DNA from: Minisyncoccia bacterium | Lineage (GTDB): Bacteria; Patescibacteriota; Minisyncoccia; Phycocordibacterales; CAJBRS01 | Length of the DNA stretch: 64,000 nt | NCBI GenBank assembly: GCA_038215155.1 | Contig: JBBQRF010000002.1 | Span: 50,712 to 114,711 of the forward strand | Direction of reading: 5' to 3' | In this document: positions 9,384 to 18,243 of the stretch, piece after piece | How positions within the stretch are numbered: the first letter of the stretch is position 1 | How the letters are laid out: each line of letters starts with the position of its first letter | Program-made: the position numbers and the translations under genes | The notes under the pieces: generated by a model | Told to the model about the DNA's origin: nothing | Seen by the model: only the letters and a program-made list of their open reading frames with translations | Databases searched by the model: none

Positions 9384-9925
9384 ATTCTTTATTCACTCCG
9401 TTAGCATCTCTTTTCCGAGAGGTCGGAAGCCCGAATTCTCGGCAAAAGAGACGCTAATTTCGTTCATAAAGAAAACCAGACTTTAAGAATGAGGGTCACG
9501 AGTGCAGGTCGTAAGTCTCGGAGACCGAATTCGGTCCTCCGACCTCGGCGAAGAGATTTACGACGGAACGAGAGACCCTCTATAAAATAAGTTATCCACA
9601 CCTATGTCCTTTACATGTCCTTTAGAAACCATTACTATACTCAGTAGATCTTCTAGCAGCAATCGCTATTAATCCCTCTTGGCGAAAGCAGCTAAAATGT
9701 CCTTTACAATAAAGGTCATCTTGGAAATTATTTTCCTGGGTTGAATTATCAAATTTTTAAAAGGCTATTTAATAGGAAAGACGCCTCTACGGAGATATCT
9801 CTTCTGTTAAAATTACTTATTGGATTCAAATCCCGCGAAACTTTCACTCGATGACGCTTTACTCAAAAGCCGCACAGCGCTTATCAATAATGTCGCTTGC
9901 GGCTTTTTTCATTTGTATTTTTCCC

Positions 9926-11419
9926 CTACTCCACCCAGTATTTTTTCCTAATCTCTTTTACCTCTTCTTCCTCCATTTTCTCCTTAACCTTTTTGCCTTT
10001 TTCCCCCATTTTTCTTAATTCTCCTTCGGAAAATTTGCTTAATTCAATAGCCTTACCCTCTAGATATTTTTTAGTATTTAAGATCGGATCATCCAAGACT
10101 TCTTCCAATAAGGCGTGCAAAATATAGCCAATTTTAGGTCCCGAAGGGAGCTCGGCGACTTCCATTATTTGACCGCCGTTAATCTTAAGCATAGAAACGG
10201 AAACTGGGTCGTGCATCACTTCTTCAATCATGGATTTATATTTGCGTAACCGGTAAGGATTTTCTTTAGGTCTCCCGGTGCCTACCCGATCACAGATACG
10301 TAAATTCATTAAATTCCAAACATTTTCTTTTCCAACATTTTTTACCAATCTTCTGACGGCGGAAAGGGTAATTTGCTCTGTATCAGAAAAGAACATATGC
10401 CAACGAACTAGTTTCGCAACCTCGTCAATAATTTTTTTAGGGAATCTTAAATCGCCAAGAATTTTTTTAGCCATTCTTTCCCCCACTACGTCGTGTCCAT
10501 AAAACGTCCAATCCCCTTTTTCATTAGACCACCTTCGGGCGTGCGGCTTAGCAATGTCGTGAAGTAACGCAGCCAAACGAATTTCCAATGACCAACCCTT
10601 ATCCGCGGCGGCCTGGAAACTTTTTAGGAGATGCTCAAAGACATCATAAGCATGAGCTTGATTTTGCTTAATCCCTTCCGCTTTGGCTAATTCGGGAATG
10701 ATAAATTTTAAAATACCTATATTATTAGCCATATTTAGGGCATTTGCTGGTTTCTGTGACATAGTAATGCGGACAAACTCTTCTCGAATTCTTTCTTTGG
10801 CGATGTTCTTTAAGAGACTGGCATCGTTTTTGATTGCTACCTCAGTGTTACTTTCAATTTTAAAATTGAGCTCGGCAGCTAAGCGAATAGCGCGAAGAAT
10901 TCTCAAACCATCTTCCTTAAATCGTTCTTCTGGATTTTCCACTGTTCGAATGATTTTTTTCTTTAGATCGCTTTGTCCTTCATATAAATCAACAATTTCA
11001 ACCTCCCACTCCCCTTTTAATTCGTTAAGGAGCTTCAGCGCAATAGCGTTAATGGTGAAATCCCGCCGTTTAATATCATCGGATAGATTGTTGCTAAAAG
11101 TAACATGGTCCGGATGACGATTGTCAGAATAATCAGCTTCTAATCGATAAGGAGTGACTTCTACCACCTTCAGGCTTTCATTAAGCGTTTCCTCACTCAC
11201 CACCCCGACTGTGCCGTAGTCATTTTCATAAAAAGTTTTATCAAAGAGAGAAATAATCTTGTCAGGCGCCGCGTTAGTAGTAATATCCCAGTCTTTAGGA
11301 GCTCTCTCTAATAGAAGATCACGAACACAGCCTCCAATTAAATAAGACTCAAAACCAGCTTTTTCCAGCCGGGCAGTTATTCGTGAAACCTCGAGAGGGA
11401 TGGCAAATTTTTTTAACAT
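9926..11419 (-). CDS. cca: CCA-adding tRNA nucleotidyltransferase with C-terminal HD domain. The track ORF extends to 11551 only by reading through the tRNA-Arg gene. The true start is the MLKKFAIPLE ATG at 11419.
   Basis: GGCVRDLLL nucleotidyltransferase motif, ...DITT..., and HD motif LLHDIAK. Confidence 0.88.
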   Translation of the reverse strand: MLKKFAIPLEVSRITARLEKAGFESYLIGGCVRDLLLERAPKDWDITTNAAPDKIISLFDKTFYENDYGTVGVVSEETLNESLKVVEVTPYRLEADYSDNRHPDHVTFSNNLSDDIKRRDFTINAIALKLLNELKGEWEVEIVDLYEGQSDLKKKIIRTVENPEERFKEDGLRILRAIRLAAELNFKIESNTEVAIKNDASLLKNIAKERIREEFVRITMSQKPANALNMANNIGILKFIIPELAKAEGIKQNQAHAYDVFEHLLKSFQAAADKGWSLEIRLAALLHDIAKPHARRWSNEKGDWTFYGHDVVGERMAKKILGDLRFPKKIIDEVAKLVRWHMFFSDTEQITLSAVRRLVKNVGKENVWNLMNLRICDRVGTGRPKENPYRLRKYKSMIEEVMHDPVSVSMLKINGGQIMEVAELPSGPKIGYILHALLEEVLDDPILNTKKYLEGKAIELSKFSEGELRKMGEKGKKVKEKMEEEEVKEIRKKYWVE

Positions 11420-11433
11420 TGGGCTTTCTACGG

Positions 11434-11505
11434 TGCTCCCGGCAGGACTCGAACCCACAATACGACGTCCGAAGCGTCGCGTGATATCCATTTCACCACG
11501 GGAGC
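11434..11505 (-). tRNA. tRNA-Arg (anticodon TCG)
   Basis: Cloverleaf read on the minus strand. Acceptor GCTCCCG/CGGGAGC, anticodon stem CGACG/CGTCG with loop CTTCGGA, T-arm GGGTTCGAGTCC. Confidence 0.85.
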
Positions 11506-11590
11506 AATTGAGGAATATGAATATCATACGAGAAAAATAGACAAACACCAAGATTTAAATTAAAATTTAAGGACTTTTCTCTAAAGTATT

Positions 11591-11661
11591 GCGGGTATGG
11601 TTTAGTGGTAGAACACGTCCTTGCCAAGGACGAGACCCGAGTCCGATTCTCGGTACCCGCA
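11591..11661 (+). tRNA. tRNA-Gly (anticodon GCC)
   Basis: GCGGGTA acceptor, anticodon loop TTGCCAA, T-arm CGAGTCCGATTCTCG. No encoded CCA. Confidence 0.88.
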
Positions 11662-11903
11662 CATTTAACTAAAGTCCAGTGTCCCTTATTTGTCCTAAAT
11701 ATTAAAAATCTGAAACGGCTCTATCTATAGGTCTTTACATATTTACTGTGGATAAGTCGGGGGATATGTGTATAAAAGACAGGAATTTTGTCCTAAAAAG
11801 GGGTTACCTTAGGATAAATTAAGGCTCGATACCCTTATGTTTCACGTGTAACTAATATAATAAGGTAATCATGAAACTTTAAGGATATTTTAACCTTATT
11901 TTA

Positions 11904-12323
11904 ATGAATTTTCACCTCTCATGCCTTAAGATGTTTCTTGTGAACCATCTTAAAATTGGGAAAATAGGGGAGGATTTAGCTTGCGATTACCTAAAGGAGA
12001 AAGGTTTCTTGGTGGTGAATCGAAATTTTCGTAAAAAATGTGGAGAAATAGACATTGTAGCCAAAAAACAAGGGAAACATCACTTTGTAGAAGTTAAAAC
12101 AGTTTCATGTGAAAATGTCACTAGTTTTGCACGCCGGTCAAACTATTATAGGCCGGAAGATAACATTCATTCTTATAAGATAGCCCGTTTAAGACGGGTA
12201 ATTCAGTTGTATTTGATCGAAAATTATGTAAAAACGGATTGGCAGTTCCACGCTATTACTATTTTATACTCTCCTATCAATAATGAATCGAGAATTGAGA
12301 TGCTGGAAAACCTTGTCCTTTAA
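11904..12323 (+). CDS. yraN: YraN family (UPF0102) endonuclease. The start is possibly at 11931.
   Basis: IGEDLACDYLKEKGF...EIDIV...FVEVKT motif pattern. Confidence 0.8.
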   Translation: MNFHLSCLKMFLVNHLKIGKIGEDLACDYLKEKGFLVVNRNFRKKCGEIDIVAKKQGKHHFVEVKTVSCENVTSFARRSNYYRPEDNIHSYKIARLRRVIQLYLIENYVKTDWQFHAITILYSPINNESRIEMLENLVL

Positions 12324-12468
12324 AATGTCCTTTATAATATAGAGCTATTTTATTTCGGGGCGCCGGGAAAATATGGTAAAACTAGCTCCACCATAATTTT
12401 GAGTTGGTTGTCTCTTTACCATAGATTTATTCTCCCCGGTTGTAATTTCCGGGTTCGAATCCCTCCCT

Positions 12469-12541
12469 TCGGGGCGCCGGGATTCGAACCCGGAGTCGCT
12501 TGATCCCAAATCAAGAATGTTAGCCGTTACACCACGCCCCG
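12469..12541 (-). tRNA. tRNA-Pro (anticodon TGG)
   Basis: Minus-strand cloverleaf. 7-bp acceptor CGGGGCG/CGCCCCG, anticodon loop TTTGGGA, T-arm CCGGGTTCGAATCCCGG. Confidence 0.85.
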
Positions 12542-12624
12542 TTTTTAGATTGAAAAGTGTAGCATGATTTCGAAATTTATTGTATCCTTAAATTAGGTTA
12601 TCAATTATTTTTTATTTAATATTT

Positions 12625-13500
12625 GTGAAAATAGTCACTCATAGCGGCAGCTTTCATCAGGATGAACTTTTTGCTATCGCCGCCTTACAAATGCTTTATC
12701 CGGACGCAGAGATTATCCGCTCTCGCGACCCTAAGATTATCGCCACCGCCGACATGGCCGTGGACATTGGGGGTGTTAATGATGCTGCCCAAAATAAATT
12801 TGACCATCACCAAGAGGGGGGAGCGGGACGGCGTGGCCAGAACGGCATGCCTTATGCCTCTTTTGGTCTCGTCTGGAAGAAATTCGGTCGAGAAATTTGT
12901 GGTGGGCGCGCCGAAGTAGCTGATTTAGTCGATCGTAAAATGATTCAAGCCATTGACGCTTCTGACAACGGCGTAATGGTCTATGCTCCGGTTAATAAGG
13001 AAATTCAACCCTATCTTTTTGATAATTTTCTTAACGCCATTACTCCTACCTGGCGAGAAGGAAAAAGTATTGACGCGGCCTTTAAGCAAATTCTTGGCAT
13101 CGTTAGACTAGTGTTAGAAAAAGAAATTGAGAAGGCAAAATTTTTCTTTGAAGAAACGGAATTAGTACGGCAAGCTTACAGAGCTACTGAAGACAAAAGA
13201 ATTATCGTCTTAGACCATCCATATCCATGGAAAAGCGTCTTAACTAAATTCCCTGAGCCGCTTTTTGTTATTTATCAAGATCAAAATACAGACGAATGGG
13301 TAATTATGGCCATGAAAAAAGATCCCCGAGCTTTTATTTATCGAAAATTATTTCCGGCTAGCTGGGCAGGGAAGATAGGGGAGCCGCTAGTCGAAGTTAC
13401 CGGAATTAAAGATGCGGTTTTTTGCCACAACAAACGCTTCATCTCCAAGGCGTGGTCTAAGGAGAGCGCGGTAAAGATGGCTAAAATGGCTTTAGAATAA
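12625..13500 (+). CDS. MYG1 family (UPF0160) metal-dependent hydrolase
   Basis: MKIVTHSGSFHQDELFA N-terminal signature. Confidence 0.8.
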   Translation: MKIVTHSGSFHQDELFAIAALQMLYPDAEIIRSRDPKIIATADMAVDIGGVNDAAQNKFDHHQEGGAGRRGQNGMPYASFGLVWKKFGREICGGRAEVADLVDRKMIQAIDASDNGVMVYAPVNKEIQPYLFDNFLNAITPTWREGKSIDAAFKQILGIVRLVLEKEIEKAKFFFEETELVRQAYRATEDKRIIVLDHPYPWKSVLTKFPEPLFVIYQDQNTDEWVIMAMKKDPRAFIYRKLFPASWAGKIGEPLVEVTGIKDAVFCHNKRFISKAWSKESAVKMAKMALE

Positions 13501-13501
13501 A

Positions 13502-14839
13502 ATGGATCCCGACCTCCAAAACAATAAGTCTTTTTTAAAGCCCTTGGTTGAAGATGGAAAATTACTTTCTGCTTTTGGAATAGAAATTCCTCAAAAGGAA
13601 AATTTTCCGAACTTTTTTCTAAAATTTTATCCTCAAGATTTTATAGTTGAAGAAATATCAAAAGAAGGAAAAATATATACGATCGGCAGCACTAAACCGG
13701 AAAATTATGGAGGGGAAAAGTTAGGAAATTATCATATGACCTTGGTCAAATGTAATTTAGGGACCCTTCAGGCGGTTGAAAACTTAGCTTCCCGACTCAA
13801 TATTTCTGTTAATAATATTGGATACGCAGGACTAAAAGATGACGATGCCGTTACTAGTCAGAGAATCTCTATCACTGGAGTCAGATTGAATGATTTACTA
13901 AAAATTAAGGTTTCTAACTTTTTTTTAAAGGAGATAGAAGAAAACGACAATTTTATACAAAAAGGTCAACTAAAAGGAAATCGATTCACTATCCTGTTGA
14001 GAAAAACGGAAAATTTTGAAGAAGAAACTTTTATGCAACGACTGGACACAGTGCGCCAAAAAGGATTTTATAATTTTTATTACTTACAACGTTTTGGAAC
14101 ACCTAGGTTAATAAACCATTTGTGTGGATTTTTAATTTTGCAAGAAAATTATGAGAAGGTTGTATATTCTGCTATTTGTGAGGAAGGGATAACTGATAGA
14201 ATTCATCTAAATAAAATTAGGAAGGAAGCCCAAAAAAAATTTGGTGATTGGATGTATTTAAAAAATCTGTTTAAGGAAGTTGAGAGCGAATGTTTTTATG
14301 AAAATAAATTGATTAGTTATTTATTAAATTCCCCTGATGATTTTGAGGGTGCTTTAAAAGAAATTCCTGACCTAGTTACTATTTGGATATATGCAACCTC
14401 AGCGTGGCTCTTTAATCATAAGCTGTCTCAATGTATAAAAACTTCTACAAAAATCCCAAAGACCTTACCATTATTTCTCACTCACGACTCTAGGATTCAA
14501 GATAGTTATAAATATTTAACGTCAAAACTCTATCTATCAACTCCCGTTTTTAAAAATCTCTCTACAGTTGCCCCCAACCTACTTCTGAACAACAGATTCA
14601 TCAATACTATTTCTAAAGTTAATATAACCAAGGTAGAGAATGTGGAGGAAGGAATTATTTTAAGTTTCGATCTACACAAAGGGGAGTATGCCACCACTTT
14701 TTTATCACATTTAGTAAATCTCATTTCTTACTTGCCACCCGCTGATATGAATTTCATGCCTATAAATATAATGAAAAATCTTGAATCAGAAATATCTCTA
14801 AACTTCTTTACAGAAGCGAAAAAAGCTGTATTTAATTGA
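13502..14839 (+). CDS. truD: tRNA pseudouridine(13) synthase TruD-like
   Basis: YPQDFIVEE (compare NPEDFVV), YAGLKDDDAVTSQ (compare FAGQKDKHAVTEQ), and NFYYLQRFG (compare NYFGAQRFG). Confidence 0.7.
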   Translation: MDPDLQNNKSFLKPLVEDGKLLSAFGIEIPQKENFPNFFLKFYPQDFIVEEISKEGKIYTIGSTKPENYGGEKLGNYHMTLVKCNLGTLQAVENLASRLNISVNNIGYAGLKDDDAVTSQRISITGVRLNDLLKIKVSNFFLKEIEENDNFIQKGQLKGNRFTILLRKTENFEEETFMQRLDTVRQKGFYNFYYLQRFGTPRLINHLCGFLILQENYEKVVYSAICEEGITDRIHLNKIRKEAQKKFGDWMYLKNLFKEVESECFYENKLISYLLNSPDDFEGALKEIPDLVTIWIYATSAWLFNHKLSQCIKTSTKIPKTLPLFLTHDSRIQDSYKYLTSKLYLSTPVFKNLSTVAPNLLLNNRFINTISKVNITKVENVEEGIILSFDLHKGEYATTFLSHLVNLISYLPPADMNFMPINIMKNLESEISLNFFTEAKKAVFN

Positions 14840-15042
14840 CTTTTTCCTCGAATATGGTATACTGCTTACCAGAACTGGTTCAGTGACGAAATTCCCTTGA
14901 ATTTAAACGGATAGTTTAAAGCGAGGGTTCCTTTGCAGAGCTTGCTCTGCCCTTTAGGCGCACGTTGCGTTATGAATGAGGATATATAAAACCGGCTAAG
15001 ACCGATTGTTTTAAAGTTTCTGAGGACTAGTAGGTCATAAAC

Positions 15043-16014
15043 ATGAGAAATAATAACAACGACGGACAGAGAACTGTCTTCGGAATGCTGACGGCGCGAT
15101 GCGTCGTGACGGACCGTGGAATAAAGATGGACCGGTATACCGGCATAGGCATCGTTCCGACAGAGATTCTGAAAGACGACGGTTATCTTGGGGACTACCG
15201 AAACGAAGTGGAGGGGCAGACGTTAGTAATGCACCATGAGAAACGGAACGCCTTTATGCGGGCAGAACCGTTGGGAGGAAGAAGGTTTATCCCTGTTTTC
15301 GATAAGAAGCAGGATGGCACTGACGCTTCCCCCCAAGTGGGGGATGAAATCATGATTCTACTTCAAGTGAATCATCCGGATTATGATCCGCGCGATTTAC
15401 AACATCGCTACTGGATTCTGTCATGGGCATCAATGGAGTCTTATCTTCAAGCTACCAAAGAGTGCGAACGGCAGAATGCCAAGATTCCGGAGCTGGAAGG
15501 CGAAATCGCCGCCGAGGAGCGCACCCTGTGGAGAATGCAGTCGGAGATGCTCAATCTCGACCTGGAATGGATGACGCCCGCCAAGATCAAGGATCGTTTG
15601 TACGGCAGGAATGGAAACATGGTTCCTCCCGATGCAAAGTGGTTTCAACGCGATCTGGAAATCACCAAGCAGCTGGTAGGGGCCGATGCGGCTAAGCGAC
15701 TGGAACTGATCGAACAGATTCGTAAAGGCAAAGAGTCTAGTGCTCGCCCGGCCAAGCTGATGATGCTCCGTACTGGCCTCTTCATCCGGCAAGAAACAGC
15801 ACGGCCTTCTCGGCGTCCTGAACGAATGGACGCAGAGCAAAAAGAAGCGCTGCAGGAGCACAAATCAGACGGAGCGCCGCTAAGTGCTCCTATTCCGTTC
15901 CCTACGCCCGTGGCTAGTTCGTCTGGTGAAGCCCAGGCCAAGAAGGTCCGAAAGGCGAAGCCTAGTGCCAAGGGGTCAAAGCCGAAAACGAAAACGGCAG
16001 CCGTCGCCGCCTAA
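15043..16014 (+). CDS. Hypothetical protein of atypical (high) GC composition. Central coiled coil and a Lys/Ala/Pro-rich basic C-terminal tail. No recognised domain.
   Basis: A 323-aa ORF far longer than the overlapping alternative-frame ORFs. GC about 52-58% against about 40% in the flanks. Confidence 0.6.
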   Translation: MRNNNNDGQRTVFGMLTARCVVTDRGIKMDRYTGIGIVPTEILKDDGYLGDYRNEVEGQTLVMHHEKRNAFMRAEPLGGRRFIPVFDKKQDGTDASPQVGDEIMILLQVNHPDYDPRDLQHRYWILSWASMESYLQATKECERQNAKIPELEGEIAAEERTLWRMQSEMLNLDLEWMTPAKIKDRLYGRNGNMVPPDAKWFQRDLEITKQLVGADAAKRLELIEQIRKGKESSARPAKLMMLRTGLFIRQETARPSRRPERMDAEQKEALQEHKSDGAPLSAPIPFPTPVASSSGEAQAKKVRKAKPSAKGSKPKTKTAAVAA

Positions 16015-16043
16015 CGCAGTAGATGGGTTCTAGTCCCATCAAA

Positions 16044-16080
16044 CCCCGTTATCATGGCAACATGGTAGCGGGGATTTTTA
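16044..16080 (+). terminator. Rho-independent terminator after the high-GC gene
   Basis: CCCCG...CGGGG hairpin followed by ATTTTTAT. Confidence 0.55.
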
Positions 16081-16092
16081 TATAATAGTTAT

Positions 16093-16410
16093 ATGGGATT
16101 AAATTTTCAAAGGAATATCGAAAACTTCATTTGTGAAAAATGTGGTTTTGAGGTGGAAGGTAGTGGCTATACTAATCATTGTCCGAAGTGTCTTTGGAGT
16201 AAGCATGTAGATATTCATCCCGGAGATCGCCTGAGTCATTGTGGAGGGCTGATGAAGCCTTCTCGAATTGAGGGTAAAACCGGCGAGTGGGTGATTGTTC
16301 ATCAATGTGAACGTTGTGGCCACAATAAAAGAAATAAGGTAGACGTCAGTGATGACTTTGATCAAGTAATTAAGTTGACCTCGGTTCCGGCTAATGAGGC
16401 AAATAGTTAA
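16093..16410 (+). CDS. RNHCP domain protein (Cys-rich zinc ribbon)
   Basis: CEKCG...TNHCPKCLWSKHVD...HQCERCGHNK. Confidence 0.75.
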   Translation: MGLNFQRNIENFICEKCGFEVEGSGYTNHCPKCLWSKHVDIHPGDRLSHCGGLMKPSRIEGKTGEWVIVHQCERCGHNKRNKVDVSDDFDQVIKLTSVPANEANS

Positions 16411-17662
16411 AGAGGGAAGATTCGATGGATTTGAAATTTTCTACCAAGGTATTTAAATTTTTATTTAAATAGGTTCCGAGTGAAAAACCTGTTTCATTTC
16501 TAATATCTGAATTAATATAATTTAAAGTGATAGCTTGAAGATCTTGTAGGGAAGTATTACCGCTGTCGGTAACAGTGGTGGCGATAAGGGCAATTAAATC
16601 GCCATTCTGATTTAAAATTCCGCCTCCGGATGAGCCGCGCTCAGCAATGACGCTAGAGTTAGTGCGAATTAGATCCTTACCGTTGTTGGAGTTGAAAGTA
16701 TAAGTGGCAGTTATGTTTAGAGCCGAACTTTTAATTAATAAATTTCTTACTACAGCGGCGGAAGAAAGGCTGTTTGCTGGATAGCCAATTCCTAACACTG
16801 AAGTACCTACACTTAATGAGTCCGCAGTAACTTGAGGGGCTACATATGAAAAAGTAGAGGGGAGCGAGGCGCCGCCACTAGTGCCAATGATGGCAAGAAG
16901 AGCATAGTCGCCGGCACCAGTCTCTTGAGGTTGATAGACATCATTTATATTCTGTCCGTAGAGCCTAAGCCAGCTTGAGGAAATATAAATGAGATCGGCG
17001 CGATAAGCCGCGGCGGCGGGAGAGCCGCGGCGAATGAGGCAAGATTTATTCGGATCTTTTAAATAATCATTAAGGAGGAAATGATCGGCGACATGGGCAT
17101 TAGTTAATATTATTCCTCGCGGGTCAATAATGACGCCACTTCCAGTGACGATGGTGATTAGATTGCCAGACTGACTAGTACAATAAATATTCACGACTGC
17201 TCTTTCCGCTTTTTCTTGAAGATTTAGGGAGACTGAATTTGGAGAGGAAGTAACAATGGGAGTAAGAGTAGGCGAAGAAGCAATTTCTGGCGAGGGGGCT
17301 ATAGTAGCGGGCGTACTTATTATCTGGGATTTTTCGGGCAATATATCTGGCAATACTATGTTTGGAATAGTTGAAAATGGAAAGGGTTTAAATACCGGTG
17401 CTTCTAAAGAAAGGATCGGCAACTTTTTAAATTTTGCCTTAGTGGAGGTGGCATTGGAATTAGACTGAGTAGTTGAGGTAGGTATTTGTATTTCAACGGG
17501 CGCGGGTATTAGTGGCGCGAATGTAGAAAAAGAGCTAGGGGCTAATCGTTCTTCGAGGCCTGGTAGGGTAATTGGTTGAGAGATATGGTAAGGAGCATAG
17601 GGAATACCTAGAAGAGAGCCGATGGAGAGCAGCACCGAAATAAGATGAGATAGGGAATTCAT
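16391..17662 (-). CDS. Secreted trypsin-like (S1C/HtrA-type) serine protease with an N-terminal signal/TM segment and a Pro/Thr/Ser-rich linker
   Basis: Catalytic triad context ILTNAHV (His), ...DYALLAI (Asp), and GSSGGGILNQNGDLIALI (Ser). Confidence 0.8.
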   Translation of the reverse strand: MNSLSHLISVLLSIGSLLGIPYAPYHISQPITLPGLEERLAPSSFSTFAPLIPAPVEIQIPTSTTQSNSNATSTKAKFKKLPILSLEAPVFKPFPFSTIPNIVLPDILPEKSQIISTPATIAPSPEIASSPTLTPIVTSSPNSVSLNLQEKAERAVVNIYCTSQSGNLITIVTGSGVIIDPRGIILTNAHVADHFLLNDYLKDPNKSCLIRRGSPAAAAYRADLIYISSSWLRLYGQNINDVYQPQETGAGDYALLAIIGTSGGASLPSTFSYVAPQVTADSLSVGTSVLGIGYPANSLSSAAVVRNLLIKSSALNITATYTFNSNNGKDLIRTNSSVIAERGSSGGGILNQNGDLIALIATTVTDSGNTSLQDLQAITLNYINSDIRNETGFSLGTYLNKNLNTLVENFKSIESSLFNYLPH

Positions 17663-17730
17663 GTATGGTGCGGGATGGGAGAAAAATTCTTATTAATAAT
17701 TTGCCACATATATTGGATTTTAATTTAATG

Positions 17731-17801
17731 TGCGGGATGGGAGAATCGAACTCCCCACCTCAGTTTGGAAAACTGATGTTTTACCAATAAACTAATCCCG
17801 C
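17731..17801 (-). tRNA. tRNA-Trp (anticodon CCA)
   Basis: Minus-strand cloverleaf. Acceptor GCGGGAT, anticodon stem CAGTT/AACTG with loop TTCCAAA, T-arm GGGGAGTTCGATTCTCCC. Confidence 0.85.
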
Positions 17802-17843
17802 CTTACGAAATTATCCTAGCAAATCAGTGTTCTTTTGCAAAAC

Positions 17844-17873
17844 AAAAGGCCGGCGCGAAGCGCCGGCCTTTTG
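17844..17873. terminator. Bidirectional rho-independent terminator between tRNA-Trp and hup
   Basis: AAAAGGCCGGCGCgaagGCGCCGGCCTTTT. Confidence 0.75.
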
Positions 17874-17891
17874 ATCAGTGAGATCGACTTC

Positions 17892-18164
17892 TTATCTTAC
17901 TGCGTCTTTCAAAGCTTTAGCCGCTCTGAATTTAGGCACTCGCATTGCAGCTACATTAATTGATTCGCCAGTGCGAGGGTTTCGTGCAGTGCGAGCGGCT
18001 CTTTGTTTAGCTACAAAAATACCGAGACCTGAGATTGAAACTTCGTCTCCTTTTTTAAGAGTGGTTACAATGGTCTCAATCACCGTATCCATTACTTGCT
18101 CGGCCTGTACTCGAGTTCCTCCGAGTACCTGCTGAATAGCTTCTACAATTCCTGCTTTATTCAT
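17892..18164 (-). CDS. hup: DNA-binding protein HU
   Basis: MNKAGIVEAI...GFGIF...RNPRTGE signature. Confidence 0.93.
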   Translation of the reverse strand: MNKAGIVEAIQQVLGGTRVQAEQVMDTVIETIVTTLKKGDEVSISGLGIFVAKQRAARTARNPRTGESINVAAMRVPKFRAAKALKDAVR

Positions 18165-18243
18165 ATTAGGTTTTTTTAGTTTTTAATATTAGATATGACC
18201 GTTTCCATTATATATTAGGCCATTTTTGGCGCAAGCAGCAATT

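Noticed and set aside
9786-9830. tmRNA 3' end suggested by GGATTCAAATCC
   Set aside because: The flanking bases do not form a 5-bp T-stem or a tRNA-like acceptor with a GGGG 5' partner, and no ...AA-stop tag reading frame is evident. It is kept only as a generic structured-RNA candidate.
11420-11551. 5' extension of the cca ORF (track ORF 9926-11551)
   Set aside because: The extra 44 codons are read straight through the tRNA-Arg(TCG) gene on the same strand. The conserved protein starts at the MLKKFAIPLE Met, so the extension is an ORF-caller artefact.
12354-12470. Possible additional tRNA on the plus strand next to tRNA-Pro (T-loop-like ccgggttcgaatccc on the plus strand)
   Set aside because: The GGGTTCGAATCCC string is simply the reverse-complement neighbourhood of the tRNA-Pro T-arm plus its duplicated 3' end. 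I could not form a 7-bp acceptor or 5-bp T-stem for a plus-strand tRNA.
15383-15971. Four overlapping ORFs (63-143 aa) on both strands inside the high-GC gene
   Set aside because: They are a consequence of stop-codon depletion in GC-rich DNA. The 323-aa frame is far longer and spans the whole region.
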